Positions 1 through 17,330 of a stretch of DNA of 64,000 bases are shown in pieces. The stretch comes from the human T2T-CHM13v2.0 reference genome, Homo sapiens. Where the stretch lies: NCBI RefSeq assembly GCF_009914755.1, contig NC_060948.1; one strand, written 5' to 3'. Within the stretch, counting starts at the first letter, position 1, and each line of letters opens with the position of its first letter. The position numbers and the translations under genes are program-made. The notes beneath the pieces are model-generated. The model saw only the letters and a program-made list of their open reading frames with translations, did not search any database and was not told the DNA's origin.

Positions 1-279
1 TTACGCCTGTAATCCCAGCACTTTAGGAGTCTGAGGGAGGTAGATCACCTGAGGTCAAGAGTTCGAGACCAGCCTGACCAACATGGTGAAACCCTGTCTC
101 TACTAATAATACAAAAATTAGCCGGAGTGCTGGCAGGTGCTTGTAGTCCCAGCTACACGGGGGCCTGAGGCAGGAGATCACTTGAACCCAGGTACAGAGG
201 TTGCAGTGAGCCTAGATGGCCCATTGCACTCTAGCCTAGAATACAAGAGTGAAACTCTCTCTCTTAAAAAAAAAAAAAA
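1..279 (+). mobile_element. Alu (AluS-like), 5' end cut by the window edge
   Basis: Alu consensus with poly-A tail. Confidence 0.95.
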
Positions 280-281
280 GA

Positions 282-592
<311 letters not shown>

Positions 593-619
593 TTAAGATA
601 CGAGAAAAGCAACAAGTGT

Positions 620-909
620 TTTCTTTTTTCTTTTTTTTTTTTTGAGACAGAGTCTTGCCCAGGCTAGAGTACAGTGACACATAGCTCACTGCTGCCTTGA
701 CCTCCTGGGCTCAAGTGATTCTCCCATTGCAGCCTCCCATGTAGCTGGAACCATAGGCTCACACCACCCTGCCTAGCTAATGTTTTTATTTGTAGGGACA
801 GGGTCTCACCATGTTGCCCAGGCTGGTCTTGAACTCCTGGGCTCAAGCTATTCTCCTGCTCAGCCCCTCAAAGTGTTGGGATTATAGGCATGAGCCACCA
901 TGCCTGGCC
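620..909 (-). mobile_element. Alu (AluJ-like)
   Basis: Reverse-strand Alu with poly-T head. Confidence 0.9.
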
Positions 910-1315
910 TACATGAAATATATGCTTATTTGGTTTTGATTTTTACACTTTTATGAGGCCAAGATGAACCCCCATTACCCCCCAAAAAGGAACATCCTAC
1001 TAGCTTCACATTAGAAATGGAATATTTACACAATATAAACAGAGAAAACTGAGATGGGGTCATTAGGAGATTTAATAAGTCAGAGTAAATCTTAAAGAGA
1101 AATAGAATGAAATATCTAAGGTAAAGGCAGAAATTAATAGAAATAGTATAATAGGATCCATAAAGTCAAACACTAATTCATTTAAAAATCTAATAAATTT
1201 CTGTCCAGATTTATTTTTTAAAAAAGCTAAGTTTTAAAAAGGACCACAGTATGGCTGTCACCTTGATTACAGTCTTGTGAGACCCTGAGCAGGAGACTTT
1301 CAGAAACTGTGAGAG

Positions 1316-1553
<238 letters not shown>

Positions 1554-2199
1554 TCATGGGCAAATTACTCAAAACTATGTTATCAAAATAATTTTAATGA
1601 AATACTGAATAATCATTAAAGAAATTTGATTGGTATTTTAAAATCTTCCCAGAAAACAAACCCTAAACTCAGAGAAGTTTTCATGAATGTTCTACTGAAC
1701 ATTCAGGAAAAAAATAATTCCAATCTTATATAAATTATTCCAAAGCATAGAAAAAGAGGAAGCACTCCCCAATTAATCTCAATCATGAAGACAAATTTGA
1801 AAAATCCAAAGCAAGATAGTAAAGCAAATTCAGCAATGACTAGAAATCATTATCAAGTTGAGTTTGTTCCACAATGTCAGGGCCATTTAACAATGGAGGA
1901 GAAAGGTCACCCATTATCTCAAAAGATGCAGAAAAAAAAGTTTGGTAAACCTTGGTAGCCATTTATAATTTTTTAAAAAATAAATCTTAGAAAACTTGGA
2001 GTAGAAGAGAACTTTTTAAACCTGATAAGTGGCGTTTACAAAAAGCCTACAGCAAATATCTTACTTTATGCTGAAGTACTAAATGATTTCCTTTAAGATT
2101 ATAAATAAGAGCAGGATAATCACTATCATGATTTCAGCATTGTACTGGGGGCCTAGCCTATGCAGTACAGCAATAAAAAAAGTGATTAGGATTGGAAAT

Positions 2200-2730
2200 C
2201 CACTCTATAGTAACCCCAAGTAAATCACAACCTCTCTTTGATTGTGGATGAGACCTGAGACATGCTTCCAACAACAGAATATGGCTAAGGTGATGGGGAT
2301 AGTCCCTTCTTTGATTGGTTCATGTTATATGGCAAAAGTAATGGAATAGTTACTCTTGTGATTATGTTATGTTATAGAAGACTGCTTGTTAGTGGACTAG
2401 AGTGCACTATCATGTTGTAAGACGGCCTATGAATGAGCCACCTGGCAAGAAACCCTGGGGACCACTAGGAGCTGATGGAAACCCTCAGCTGACAGCCAGA
2501 ACAAGGCAGGGACCTCCATCCTATGGCTTCAGGTAAGGGAATCCTGCCAACAACCACCTGAGCTTAGAAGAGGACACTAAGTTTTAAAAAGGACCACAGT
2601 CTGGCTGTCACCTTGATTACAGCCTTGTGAGACCCTGAGCAGGAGACTCTCAGAAACTGTGAGAAAATAAGTGCATGTTTTAAGCCACGAAGTGTGAGGT
2701 TATTCATTATGCACCAGTAGACAGCTAATA
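2200..2730 (+). mobile_element. MLT1-family (MaLR) LTR
   Basis: Motifs ctgccaacaaccacctgagcttagaag, ccttgattacagccttgtgagaccctgagc, ttttaagccac. Confidence 0.75.
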
Positions 2731-3011
2731 AAGGAAGAAAGAAACCTGTTATTAGAGACTAGATTACATAGAAAACAAAAGAATCTATGGCTAAATCATA
2801 AGAATTAACAGCATTTATTTGGCACTTTTGCAGTTGCATTTCTATATGCTAGCAACAAACGTAAAACATAATTTATAAAAAGTTAACATTTACAGTAGCA
2901 TCAAAAATATAAATAAATAAAATCTTAAAATATATGCAAGAAGATTTTGAGTAAGATGTTTTAAAACTTTAATGAAACACAGATTAGTAATAAAAATAAT
3001 AAAGAGATATA

Positions 3012-3320
3012 GGCTAGGCGCAGTGATTCATGACTGTAATCCCAGCACTTTGGAAAGCTGAAGCCGACAGATCACCTGAGGTCAAGAGTTCGAGACCAGA
3101 CTGGCCAACATGGCGAAACCCCATCTCTACTAAAAATACAAAAGTTAGTTGGGTGTGGTGGCACATGCCTGTAGTCACAGCTACTTGAGAAGCTGGGGTG
3201 GGAGGATCGCTTGAACCTGGGAGGTTGAGGTTGCAATGAGCTGAGATTATGCCGCCACTTCACTGCAGCCTGCGAGACAGAGCTAGACTTTGTCTCAAAA
3301 ATAATAATAATAATAATAAA
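3012..3320 (+). mobile_element. Alu
   Basis: Alu consensus with (TAA)n tail. Confidence 0.95.
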
Positions 3321-3337
3321 GAGATTTAATTGGGTAG

Positions 3338-3742
<405 letters not shown>

Positions 3743-4011
3743 TAGGATTTGTCATGGAACTTCATAAATGTATTGTGAAATCATCATAGGGAGAAGCAAA
3801 GAACCAAGAAGAGCCAAAATACTCTTGAAAAAGAGGACGAGGTGAGAGAGTTGCCCTAATTTGAAAGCTTTCGAGATTTATTATAAAGCTATAGTAATTA
3901 GAAATGATACACACAGATAGTTAAATGGACTGGTGGAAAAGAATAGAGAACACAGAAATAGAACATTAGTATATGGAAATTTTACACGTGGTAAAATCAG
4001 TGCTATGGTTT

Positions 4012-4365
4012 TGTATTAGTCCATTTTCATACTGCTATGAAGAAATACCCAAGACTGGGTAGTTTATAAAGAAAAAGAGGCTTAGTGGACTCACAGTTCC
4101 ACATGGCTGGGGAGGCCTCACAATCAGAAAGCAAAGGAGAAGCAAAGGCACATCTTACACAGTGGCAGGCAAGAGAGCATGTGCAGGGGAACTGTCCTTT
4201 ATAAAACCATCAGATCTCATAAGACTTACTATCACAAGAGTAGCATGGGAAAAACCCACCCCGTGATTCAGTTACCTCCCATCAGGTCCCTCCCACTTCA
4301 TGTGGGGATTATGGGAGCTACAATTCAAGGTGAGATTTGGATGGGGACACAGCCAAACCATATCA
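4012..4365 (-). mobile_element. THE1/MSTA-type solo LTR nested in an older MST/MLT LTR (4001-~4700)
   Basis: tgtattagtccattttcatactgctatg...ccaaaccatatca; flanked by ggttt/agttt near-TSD; the host resumes with gaatgttccctccaaaactcatgttg. Confidence 0.85.
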
Positions 4366-4781
4366 AGTTTGAATGTTCCCTCCAAAACTCATGTTGACCC
4401 TTAATCCACAATGTGGCAGTATTGAGAGGTGGGGCCTTTAAGAGTTGATTGGATCATGAGGGCTCTGCCCTCAATGGATTAATCCACACATGGATTAATG
4501 GATTAATGGGCTATCATGGGAGGGCACTGGTGGCTTTATAAGAGGGAGAATCTAGCATAGCACCTGAGCATGCTCAGCCACTTCAGAACTCTGTAGAGAG
4601 TCCCCACCAGCAAGAAGTCTCTCACCAGATATGGCCCCTTGAGCTTGACATCTCAGCTTCCATAACTAAGAAATACATTCATTTCTTTATAAATTCTCTG
4701 CTTCATACCATACATACAAAAAATCCAATTCTGTCGGATTTATGATTTAAATGATGAACAAAATTTGAAATGTTTGAAGCA

Positions 4782-5428
<647 letters not shown>

Positions 5429-5473
5429 TTAAGATATCAAAAGCATAATCTCTGAATAAATTTGACTATGTTA

Positions 5474-6510
<1,037 letters not shown>

Positions 6511-7657
6511 TTAGATGCATACCTCTTAGATGGCCAAAAAATTAAAATTTAGGTGGTATTACTTTTACACTGTTGGTGGCAGTGTAAATTGGCAACCCCT
6601 TTTTGGAATTACATTATTATATTTATAATATATGTTCTATATAATTATATAACATTTATTTCATATTCATATTAAACAAGTATATTTATGAATATATACA
6701 TAATTGTGTATATGTATCATATATATTTATATATGTAATTACATAATTTATGAAAATCAATCCTGTTCCTGGAGAACATACCCCCCAAAAAAACCTCTTG
6801 CAGATGAGGACTGGGAAGCAAGTACAGAAATGATCGAAACAGTACAAATCAGGGGAGAATGCGCCCAAGACATGGAGAACTGATAATACATTGTGGTTTA
6901 TCCTTGCAATGGAACACTATATGGCAGTGAAAATGATTGAAATAGAGCTATACACATCATCACAGACAAATTTCAGAAACAACGCTGAGTGAAAAAGTAA
7001 GTTGCAGCAGAATACATGCAATATAATTGTATTTTATAAAATTCAAAAGCCAAGTTTTGAATATACTTTCTTAGCTATAAATGTGACAAAACTATAAAGA
7101 AAAGCACAGGAATGATCAACATAACATGGTGATTGAGGAGGGACACACAGGGGCTTCGATAGTACTGTCTCTGTTCCTCAAGTTGGATGGCAGATTCACA
7201 GGTGGTCATTTCATCATGCTTTCATGTTATACTCATTATATGATGACTATATTATAATTATACTATATGTTATGCATATTATACATTATATTATACATAT
7301 TTTGTATGTAACAATGTTTCATAATATTTTAAGGAATGAATGGAAATGGGCACATAAATGTAGATATGCAGTGCCTCGTCGTTAGTAGAGTCTCAGAATT
7401 ATCAGATTCCAAGATAATTCCTACACAAAAACAAGCAAACAAATGGCATGTTATCTTGAATGAAAAGACCATCCATATTCTAATAAACTGAGACAATCAA
7501 GTAGGGAATCCCTCTTTTAAGGTTGGCATTTGTTGTATGCTTGGAAGTGATTTGAAGCAGAAATTGGTTGTGAATAAATCTTCTCCTTATTAATAAAACA
7601 GAAGCTTGTTTTTAATGTCATATTATCCCTGCCAAGAAATTAAAAATCCTGGAGGTA

Positions 7658-8002
<345 letters not shown>

Positions 8003-8358
8003 TTACTTATAACCTCAATCATTTATTAATCAACCTAAATTTAATCCTTGATTTTATAATATCTTTCTATAGAGTTTTGTTTTGGTTTTGCTTTGTTTTT
8101 AGAAAAGGCAGGTGCATTTACCTTCTTAGGGGATGACCATTGGTATTTTAAAAAATAATACATTTGCTGAGAATTCCTTAAATTTTTCTAATTTCCACTA
8201 GCCAGTGATGACATTGTCCCTTTTTTGCAGAAAAGTTTGGAAGATGATGATACCACCACAGTTCACACCATGTTGCTAAAAACATTTTTCGTTTGACCAT
8301 TTATACATTTGGTTCTAAAGAAGGTGTTATCCTTAGATTCTTGGATCTAACAAATATA

Positions 8359-8650
8359 TTTTTTTTTTTTTTGAGGAATCTCACTCTGTCACCTGGGCTA
8401 GAGTGCAGTCTGTGATCTCAGCTCACTGTAACCTCCACCTTCTGGGTTCCAGGGATTCTCCTGCCTCAGCCTCCTGAGTAGCTGGGACTACATGTGCCCG
8501 CCACCATGCCTGGCTAATTTCTGTATTTTTGGTTGAGATGGGGCTTCAGTATGTTGGCCAGGCTGGTCTCGAACTCCTGACCTCAAGTGATAACGCCCGT
8601 CTCGGCCTCCGAAAGTCCTGAGATTGCAGGCATGAGCCACCTTGCCCAGC
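8359..8650 (-). mobile_element. Alu
   Basis: Reverse-strand Alu. Confidence 0.95.
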
Positions 8651-9205
8651 AAGAGTATGTTATCTTAAGATTCTTGCCTCATTACTATTCTTAAAATTGC
8701 TCTAAAACTTGCTTAAACAATCAGATTTAAATTATGTAAATACAGACAACAAAACTCTTAATTGTAAAGGTGCTTTTAAAATTCATGCATTTATACATGG
8801 CATGCAAATTGGCTACAAATTGGGAAGATTTTATTCTAAGTAACCAAATCTTAAAGAGCTAAAGCAAACCTGCTTTATAAAATACATTAATTCAAGGACT
8901 AAGCAATTCCTGAAAACAGACTGATTTACTGTGCTTCTTAATATTTCCTCAAACTAGAATATGAGTGATGGTGGTAGAAGGAGGAAGTAGCTCATACTTG
9001 GAGGAACAAACAGCTGCTGGAATATGCTTGTGGTTTAGAGCTTCTTTGAAAAATCCTGTTAACTGCAAAAGAAAGGAAGGACTAATATTTTCCATGATTT
9101 CAGTAACATCTTTATGAAGATACTCCTTTTGAATGTGGTACAGAAAGTTAGAAAACACTTAGGCATGGTATCTGGCATAGTGCCCCCAAGGGAGCATTTC
9201 ATAAA

Positions 9206-9552
9206 CAGATGGTCTGTGGCTTATGATGCTTTGACTTAAAATTTTTCAACTTTATGATGGTTCCAAAGGCAATGCACATTCAGTAGAAACCATACTTCAA
9301 GTCCCCATACAACTATTCTGTTTTTCATGTTCAGGATGTTGTTCCCATAAATTACATGAGCTATTTAACACTTCATAATAAAATAGGATTTGTGTTAGAT
9401 GATTTTGCCCAACTGTAGGCTGATGTAGTGTTGAGTATGTTTAAGGTAGGCTAGGCTAAGCTCTGATGTTCAGTAGGTTAGGTATATTAAAGGCACTTGA
9501 CTTATGATATTTTCCCTTCCTAATAAACACATCGTAAGTCAAGAAGCACCTG
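9206..9552 (-). mobile_element. MER47A-like (TcMar-Tigger) non-autonomous DNA transposon
   Basis: Terminal cagatgg.../...gcacctg; internal ttagatgattttgcccaactgtaggct and aggtaggctaggctaagct. Confidence 0.8.
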
Positions 9553-10951
9553 TATCTGATAGAGGTCTACCTTTACCAATTTAAATTGACAAATTTAATA
9601 TTCCTGTCTTGTTTTTAAATTGAAGAACAATAGCAGATCTGAAATAAATACCGCAGTTAGCTTTGCATTTTGACTATTTATTGAACAGTTCAGAGGGCAA
9701 GGTAGCAAAGAGAAACGCTCTGAGTGTGTCTTTGATTGCCAGCTCCTTAATTGTCAACAATTCTACAGTGGCTTTCCTGTATTTTTCTGTGCTTTTTTCT
9801 GTTCTCTTCTCTGCTTTGGAGTCAGAAACTTCAGTTCAAATCCCTGCCGTGACAACATAACAATCTATCAGCCTGTTTCCTCCTTCATAAATGATGGCTA
9901 TAATTTCCATCTCACAGGATTTGTAAGTGTTTGAATTGAATGAGGTAATGTATTAATACATACTACTTGGTTCAAAAATAATATCCGTCTCTTTCCACAT
10001 GCTTCTTAGAACTCCAGTGCCACGATGGACAAAGTGAGCCACTTTCTTCACTGTCCAATATCAATTTGGGAATGGCAGCTTGCTGCGTTTGTATTTTCAG
10101 ATTTAGTTAACATTACCTTCCATCAGTGAAATAGAATACTTAATCTTTATTATGTATTCCTCTCATTTTCCAATATCTTTAAAGTTATTTTATCACTATT
10201 TTAAAAATCAATCTTGTGAACTTTTGCTTTTGCATGGAGGAAAGTGGGATTGGTCAAACATTGAAATGGGGTGATTGGTTCTTTAATTTCTCTGTATTTA
10301 GTCCTACACCTAATAGCTTCAAGCTCTCTCCTAGGAAGACAGGACTCTGGGTATGTCCAAATGAGTAAACACTCTTAATGACTTTTCTCTGTCGTATGCC
10401 ATAATATCTTTTTGAGTGTTCCAGAGAACTGAATAAAAGTAGATCTCTCCATATTAACTAAATGATAATGGCTAACATCTGTGTGGTACTTTGCATATAT
10501 AGTGTTTTCACATATAACACTCATTCATTAATTTGTTAAGTATTTACTGAGCTCTGCCATGTGCTTTGCCTCTACTAGACATCAGAGTATAGTATAATGA
10601 AGTACTCCTTGACCTTGAGGTGTCATCATAAATTGACTTCCCAAGAAAGCCTTCTCCTCCTGCTTTGTTAAGTCACTCCTCCCTTCTTATTGTCTAGTAC
10701 CATACTCTGTCTCCTTTACAATATTTTCTGTGCTGATCTCCTTAAAGGTAGGGGTTGTGTCAGTTTCTGTCACGTCTGTGAGGTCCTGACTGTAAGACCT
10801 AGGTATTGCTAGGCCCAAAATGGGCACTTAAAATCAGTTGAGTGAGTGGAAGAATGGATGAAGGCAACATGCTCATAGGAAAGAGACAGGCTACAGATTC
10901 ATTGCTACAGAATGTGATGGGTACTAAGGCAGAGAGGTGGGTTAAGGGCAT

Positions 10952-11165
10952 TGTGTTAGTCTGTTTTGAGCTGCTGTAACAGAATACCACAGACTGGGTA
11001 ATGTATAAAGAACAGGAATTTGTTTTCTCAGAGGTCTGGACGCTAGGAAGTCCAAGATGAAGGCACTGGCAGGTTCATTTATCTGGTGAGCGTCTAGTCT
11101 CTGCTTCCAAGATGGCATCTTGACTGTTGCATCCTTGAGGAGTGGGGGAAGAATGCTGTGTTCTC
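10952..11165 (-). mobile_element. MST/MLT1 LTR fragment
   Basis: tgtgttagtctgttttgagctgctgtaacagaataccacagactgggtaa. Confidence 0.75.
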
Positions 11166-11590
11166 ATTCCATGGATGAATGGATAAACAAAATGAGGTAT
11201 AGATTTACAGCGGAATATGATTCAGCCTTGAAAGAAGTGCAGTTCTTATATATGCTACAACATAGATGAAACTTGAGGACATTATGCTAAGTGAAGTAAG
11301 CCAGTCACAGAAGAACAAATATTATATGATTCTGCTTATGTGAGACACCTAGAATAGGCAAATTCATAGAGACGGAAAGTAGTTTCCATGGGGTGGGGGT
11401 AGGGGAGAATAGAGTTAGTGTTTAATGAGTATAGACTTTCTGTTTGGGATAATTTTTTTAAAAGTTCAGGGAATGGATAGTAGAGATGGCTACATAACAG
11501 TGTGAATGTACTTCACACCACTGAATTGCACACTTAAACATGGTTAAGATGGTACATTTTTTTGTGTATTTTACCAAAAGAAAAAAAAAA
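11165..11590 (+). mobile_element. L1MB-type 3' end
   Basis: atgctacaacatagatgaaacttgaggacattatgctaagtgaagtaagccagtcacag... Confidence 0.8.
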
Positions 11591-11595
11591 TTTAG

Positions 11596-11865
11596 GGCCA
11601 GGCAAGGTGGCCTACATCTGTAATCCCAACACATTGGGATGCCGAGGTGGGAGGATCACTTGAGCCCAGGAGTTTGAGACGAGCCTGGGCAACATAGTGA
11701 GACCCCATCTCTTAAAAACAAATGGTGGGTGCCTATGGTCCCAGATACTCAGGAGGCTGAGGTGGGAAGATCACTTGAGCCCATGAGTTCAAGGCTGCAG
11801 TGATCTGTGATCATGCCACTGCGCTCCAACCTGGAAAACGGAGTGAGACCCTGCCTCAAAAAAAA
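11596..11865 (+). mobile_element. AluJ
   Basis: Alu consensus with J-type gaggatcacttgagcccagg. Confidence 0.9.
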
Positions 11866-13294
11866 TTTGTATGATAAAGCACAGACCATGTATATAATAA
11901 AGATACTTCAGCCATTTGAAGGAGTGTTGTGTTCTCAAGCCAAAGAGAGAAGCACATATTATCCCCAAAAAACACACAGTTAGCAAAGCATCCAGGGAAG
12001 CTGGAAGTGCTGGTGTTTGGTGGCTGAGGTTAGTAGATGTGACTGCTCTGTTCTTGGCACCCCATGGGTACTTATCATCATCTTCTTAGCCACCACTGAC
12101 AGGGTCCTGCTTGACAGACTGACCCTGTGCTGTGTATATCACATACATTATCACTGAATTTTTGAAACACCTTATAAAGTAGACATTATTCCAATTTATA
12201 GGAATTTAATACCTTTCTGAAATTTGCTAAGTGGTGCAGCCAGCACTTAAAGCCTAGATCAGCAGACTCCAATAATGAAGTATTTTCCTCAGTATATCCC
12301 AAGGATAGCTTTTAAGAATAATTGTATGGACAATCTGGAGTAAAAGGAATATGAATTTCTTCATTTAGGTTCAGCAAGATGCCCTGACAAGATGACCACA
12401 AATGCAGGAATGTTGGAGTGGTAGTTAATATTTAGATGAGAAATCATTAAAGAGTGGAATAGTAATGTGAGTTTCTGGGGCTACTTCAGTAGGGCATTTT
12501 GGAGCTGATTGAGGGGGCAAAAATTAAAGCCAGAAAGCTCAGTGGGGCAAATGTCATAGTGGCCACAGAGAAACAAAGTTTCAAAATGAGATGCTAAGTG
12601 AGAAACAGCAACTGAGACAAGAAGTAATGTTTCCAGGATCACAATGGGCATAAGGAGAATTGTTCTTTTAGACTCTGGGTGAGCTTGCAGTAATCCAAGG
12701 ATGGGTGATTTAGGCCACTGAACTCTGGCTCTAAGTACAGCTCTAATCCCTAAACTTTCACCAAGAGGGATCAGGAGAAGAAAGGGGAGGAGGGGAGTCA
12801 GGTGTGCCACATATCTGCTACTGAAAAATGCCTGGATGGGAAAGGAGTTTGAAATGTTGTCCTAAAATGAAGTTTCTGAGTTAGATGGGCTGAATTTTAC
12901 CATGTGTTCACTGTTATTACTGTGTAAAATCAAGAGATTTAAATGAGACTAAGATCTAATTAGCTTTCTGAGATATTGAAAACTGAGAACCTGGCTGGGC
13001 ATGGTGGCTCACGCCTGTAATCTCAGCACTTTGGGAGGCTGAGGCAGGTGGATCACCTGAGGTCAAGAGTTTGAAACCAGCCTGGCTAACATGGTTGAAA
13101 CTCTGTCTCTCTTATCAGTGAGAACCAAACCTGAGTCTGCAGTCTTAGGGCAGGGGCCCAGACAATGACAGGGGCTCTTCTCTTTGAGACTTGTCACCTA
13201 GAACTCATTGTCACTGGAAGCCAGAGCCTAAATGACACTATCAGTTTCCTTGGGTTACAAGAACAAGTTTTCATTAATTAATTAATTATTCATT

Positions 13295-13583
13295 TATTTT
13301 GAGACAGACTCTTGCTGTGTTGCCCAGGGGCTGGAGTACAGTGGCACGATCTTGGCTCACTGCAACCTCTGCCTCTGGGTTCAAGTGATTCTCCTGCCTC
13401 AGCCTCCCGAGTAGCTGGCACTACAGCCACATGCCACCACACCTGGCTAATTTTTTTTATTTTCAGTAGAGACAGGGTTTTGCCATGTTTCGAGGCTGGG
13501 CTTGAACTCCTGACTTCAGGTTATCCGCCCACCTCAGCCTCCCAAAGTGCTGGGATTACAGGCGTGAGCCACCACGCCTGGCC
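13295..13583 (-). mobile_element. Alu
   Basis: Reverse-strand Alu; a separate truncated left monomer lies at 12993-13110 (+). Confidence 0.9.
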
Positions 13584-14019
13584 AAGTCTGAGTTTTTACT
13601 GGGGAAGCCAAGTAGCAGTTCAGGGACTTGTGGCCACCAACTGTCTCTGAGATTCAAGGTCTATTCTTTCTACTGGGGACTGAGATGGGCGGATAACCAT
13701 GCAGACTTAAGGAGGAGTCATATGAATGATTCAGCCTGGGAGGAAGTCTGAGCTAGCTATAACTGGAGGAATAATTTCCCTCTGTAGGAATTCCTGCTCT
13801 ACCTACTTATTATAGGAGTAAAGTGGTCATGATTTAAACAGTCTTGTCTATACCTGTTATGTTATAAGGATGTGTTAATGGCCCTATCTGCTAAGAGTGA
13901 GTTGTTCTTAAAAATAAAATAAAAATTAGTAAATTTATACACACACTATTTGTTATGCAAATCCTAAGAGTGATGTTCCAAAAAAACAAATTTTGGAAGT
14001 AAATAAGTATATAAATAGG

Positions 14020-14180
14020 CTTTTTTTTTTTTTGAGATGGAGTTTTGCTCTTGTTGCCTAGGCTGGAGTGCAGTCATGCAATCTCAGCTCACTGCAGCCT
14101 CCGCCTCTTGGATTCAAGCGATTCTCCTGCCTCAGCCTCCTGAGTAGCTGGGATTACATGTGTCCGTCACCACTCCCAGC

Positions 14181-14239
<59 letters not shown>

Positions 14240-14275
14240 TAATATATATATTTATATATATTTATATATATATAT

Positions 14276-14307
<32 letters not shown>

Positions 14308-14432
14308 TTTTTAGTAGAGAAGGGGTTTCACCACATAGGCTAGGCTGGTCTTGAACTCTTGACCTCAGGTGATCCACCTGCCTCAGCCTCCCAAAGTGCT
14401 GGGATTGCAGGCATGAGCCACCGCACCAGGCC
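14020..14432 (-). mobile_element. Alu with (TA)n expansion in the central linker (~14184-14310)
   Basis: Alu arms flank ~120 nt of TA repeat. Confidence 0.9.
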
Positions 14433-15814
14433 TAGAAAGGTACTTTAGATAGTGCCAGAGTTGAGGATTTGGCCTGCGACTTACTGTAGTTGCCACACTG
14501 CAGTTTCCACACTGTGGCCTTAGAACAGTCTTATCCAGTCCTGAAACCCCAGTGCCTTGGAAACATCAGGACTGGTCAGAAGGACAGTAAGTCCTCAAGG
14601 CATCAGCCTCTGCTCCTCCTGACAGATTGAGGGGTAAGTATTCCAAGCTCTCTGCAGGACCCATAACCTGGATGTGGACACCAAGTCCTGCTAGGATCTG
14701 CTTCCAGAAGAGTTGATCCCAGTCATGAAACTGTCCTGATGCCTTCATCCTGTATCAGCCTCGTGAGTAGCCAGTAGCTGGGACCACAGGGGCGCACCAC
14801 CACACCTGCCCAATTTTTTTTTGTTGAGACGGGTTTTGTCATGTTGCCCAGGCTGGTCTGGAACTCTTGAGCTCAAGTGATGTGCATGCCTCAGTCTCCC
14901 AAAGTGCTGGGATTATAGGCGTGAGCCACCACACGCAGCCAAATTTGTGATCTTTTATGCATTGTTTCTCTCATGTAGCATGTTTTCAAGTTTTATCCAA
15001 CTTGCAGTGTATTAATGCTGAATAATACTCCATTGTGTAGATATACTATATTTTTATTTTTTTAATTTTATTTTTAATTGGTACACAACAAATATTTGTA
15101 CATATTTATGGGGTACAGATGATATGTTGTTACATGCATAGAATGTGTTATGACCAATCAGGGTATTAAAGGTATCTGCCACTTTGAGTATTTGTCATTT
15201 CTGTATGTTGGAAACATTTCAAGTCCTCTTTTAGAGCTATTTTGAAATATACTATACATTGTTGTTAACTGTAGTCACCCTACTCTGCTATAGAACATTA
15301 GAACTTATTCCTTCTGTCTAACTGTATTAACCAACCACTCTTCCCTGCCAACCGACACACACTTCCCAGTTTCTGTTATCTGGTATTTTTGTAGAGATGG
15401 GGTTTTGCGATGTTGGCCAGGCTGGTCTTGAACTCCTGACCTCAGGTGATCTGCCTGCTTTAGCCTCCCAAAGTGCTGGGATTACAGGCATGAGCCACCA
15501 CGCCTGGCCTTTTTTTGATGTTTATTCCACATTGTGTCAGTCCTCACACGTCTCCTGGGATCCATCTGACATGTAATCTGTTGGTTTTCCAGCAGTAATA
15601 ATTTCACGTAAAATCCTAAATCTGACCTGAAATATTTTCTCTTCTCTTGTTGATTATCTTTAAATCAACTATTTTGATATACTGAGATATTAACTATTTT
15701 GATATACTGAGATATAATTCAGTTGGTTCATGACTGTGCCAATAGCTCTATTTTTATATACAAATAGACATGCCTAAATCCAGTTGTTTTTTTTTGTATG
15801 TACATTTTATTTAA

Positions 15815-17330
15815 TTAATTTTTAACTTTTATTTTAGGTTCAAGGGTATATGTGCAGGTTTGTTATATATGTAAATTTTGTGTCATGGGGGTTTGATGTA
15901 CGGATTGTTTTGTCACTCAGGTGATAAGCATAGTACCTGATAGGTAGCTTTTTGATACTCACCCTCCTCCCAGCCTCCAACCCTCAAGTAGGCCCCAATG
16001 TCTGTTGTTCCCATATTTGTGCCCATGTGTACTCAATGTTTAACTCCCACTTATAAGTGAGAACATGAGGTATTTGGTTTCCTGTTCCTGTGTTAGTTTG
16101 CTTAGAATAATTTTTAAGCTGGAGCTGGATGGCCTCCAGGCTTTTAGGCTTTTAGACTGGATTGCTGCAAAGGGCATGATCTTGTTTTTATTTTATGGCT
16201 GCATAGTATTCTATGGTATATGTGTGCCACATTTTTTTATTCAGTTCACCATTGATGGGCACCTAGGTAAATTCTGTGTCTTTGATATTGTGAATAGTGC
16301 TGCGATGAACATATGTGTGCATGTGTCTTCATGGCAGAATTATATTTATATTCCTGTGGGTATATACTCAGTAATAGGATTGCTGGGTCACAGGGTAATT
16401 CTCAAGTTCTTTGAAAAATCACCAAACTGCTTTCCATAATGGCTGAACTAATTTACATACCCAGAAGTAGTGTATAAGCATTCCCTTTCCTCTGCAACTT
16501 TGCCAGCATCTATTTTTTGGCTTTTTAATAATAGCTATTCTGACTGGTATGAGATGGTATCTCATTGTAGTTTTGATCTGCATTTCTCTAGGATTAGTGA
16601 TGTTGAGCGTTTTTTCATGTTTGTTAGCTGTGTGTATGTCTTTTGAGAAGTGTCTGTTCCTGTACTTTTCCTGTACTTTGCCCCTCCCTTTTTTTTAGTG
16701 AGGTTGTTTGTTTTTTGCTTGTAAATTTGTTTCAGTTCCTTATAGATTCTGGATATTAGACCCTTGTCAGATGCCTAATCTGTAAATATTTTTTCTCATT
16801 CTGTAGGCTGTCTGTTCAGTCTGTTGATAGTTTCTTTTGCTGTGCAGAAGCTCTTTAATTAGGTTCCACTTGTCTGTTTTTGTTTTTGTTGCAATTGCTT
16901 TTGGCATCTTTATCATGAAATCTTCACAAGGTCCTATGTCAGAATGGTATTTCCTAGCTTATCTTCCAGGGATTTTATAGTTTTAGGTTTTACATTTAAG
17001 CCTTTTATCCATCATGGGTTGATTTTTGTTTGTGGTGAAAAGAAGGGGTCCAGTTTCAATCTTCTGCATATGGCTAGTCAGTTATCCCAGCACCATTTGT
17101 TGAGTAGGAAGTCCTTTCTCCATCGCTTGTTTTTGTTGGCTTTGTCAAAGATCAGATGGTTGTAGCTGTGCAGCTTTATTTCTGGGTTCTCTAACCTGTT
17201 CCATTGGCCTGTGTGTCTGTTTTTGTACCAGTGCCATGCTGTTTTGCTCACTGTAGCCTTGTAGATGGTTTGAAGTTGGGTAGTGTGGCATCTCCAGCTT
17301 CATTCTTTTTGCGCAGGATTGCTTTGGCTA
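15815..17330 (-). mobile_element. L1PA/PB (older primate L1) 3' portion
   Basis: L1 3'UTR and ORF2 C-terminal sequence on the reverse strand. Confidence 0.9.

Noticed and set aside
8231-8323. Possible exon (tttttttgcAG ... AAG|GTGTTA) in unique sequence
   Set aside because: Weak donor, no recognisable peptide and no supporting neighbouring exons
15667-15715. 25-bp tandem duplication aactattttgatatactgagatat
   Set aside because: Simple slippage duplication with no evident function
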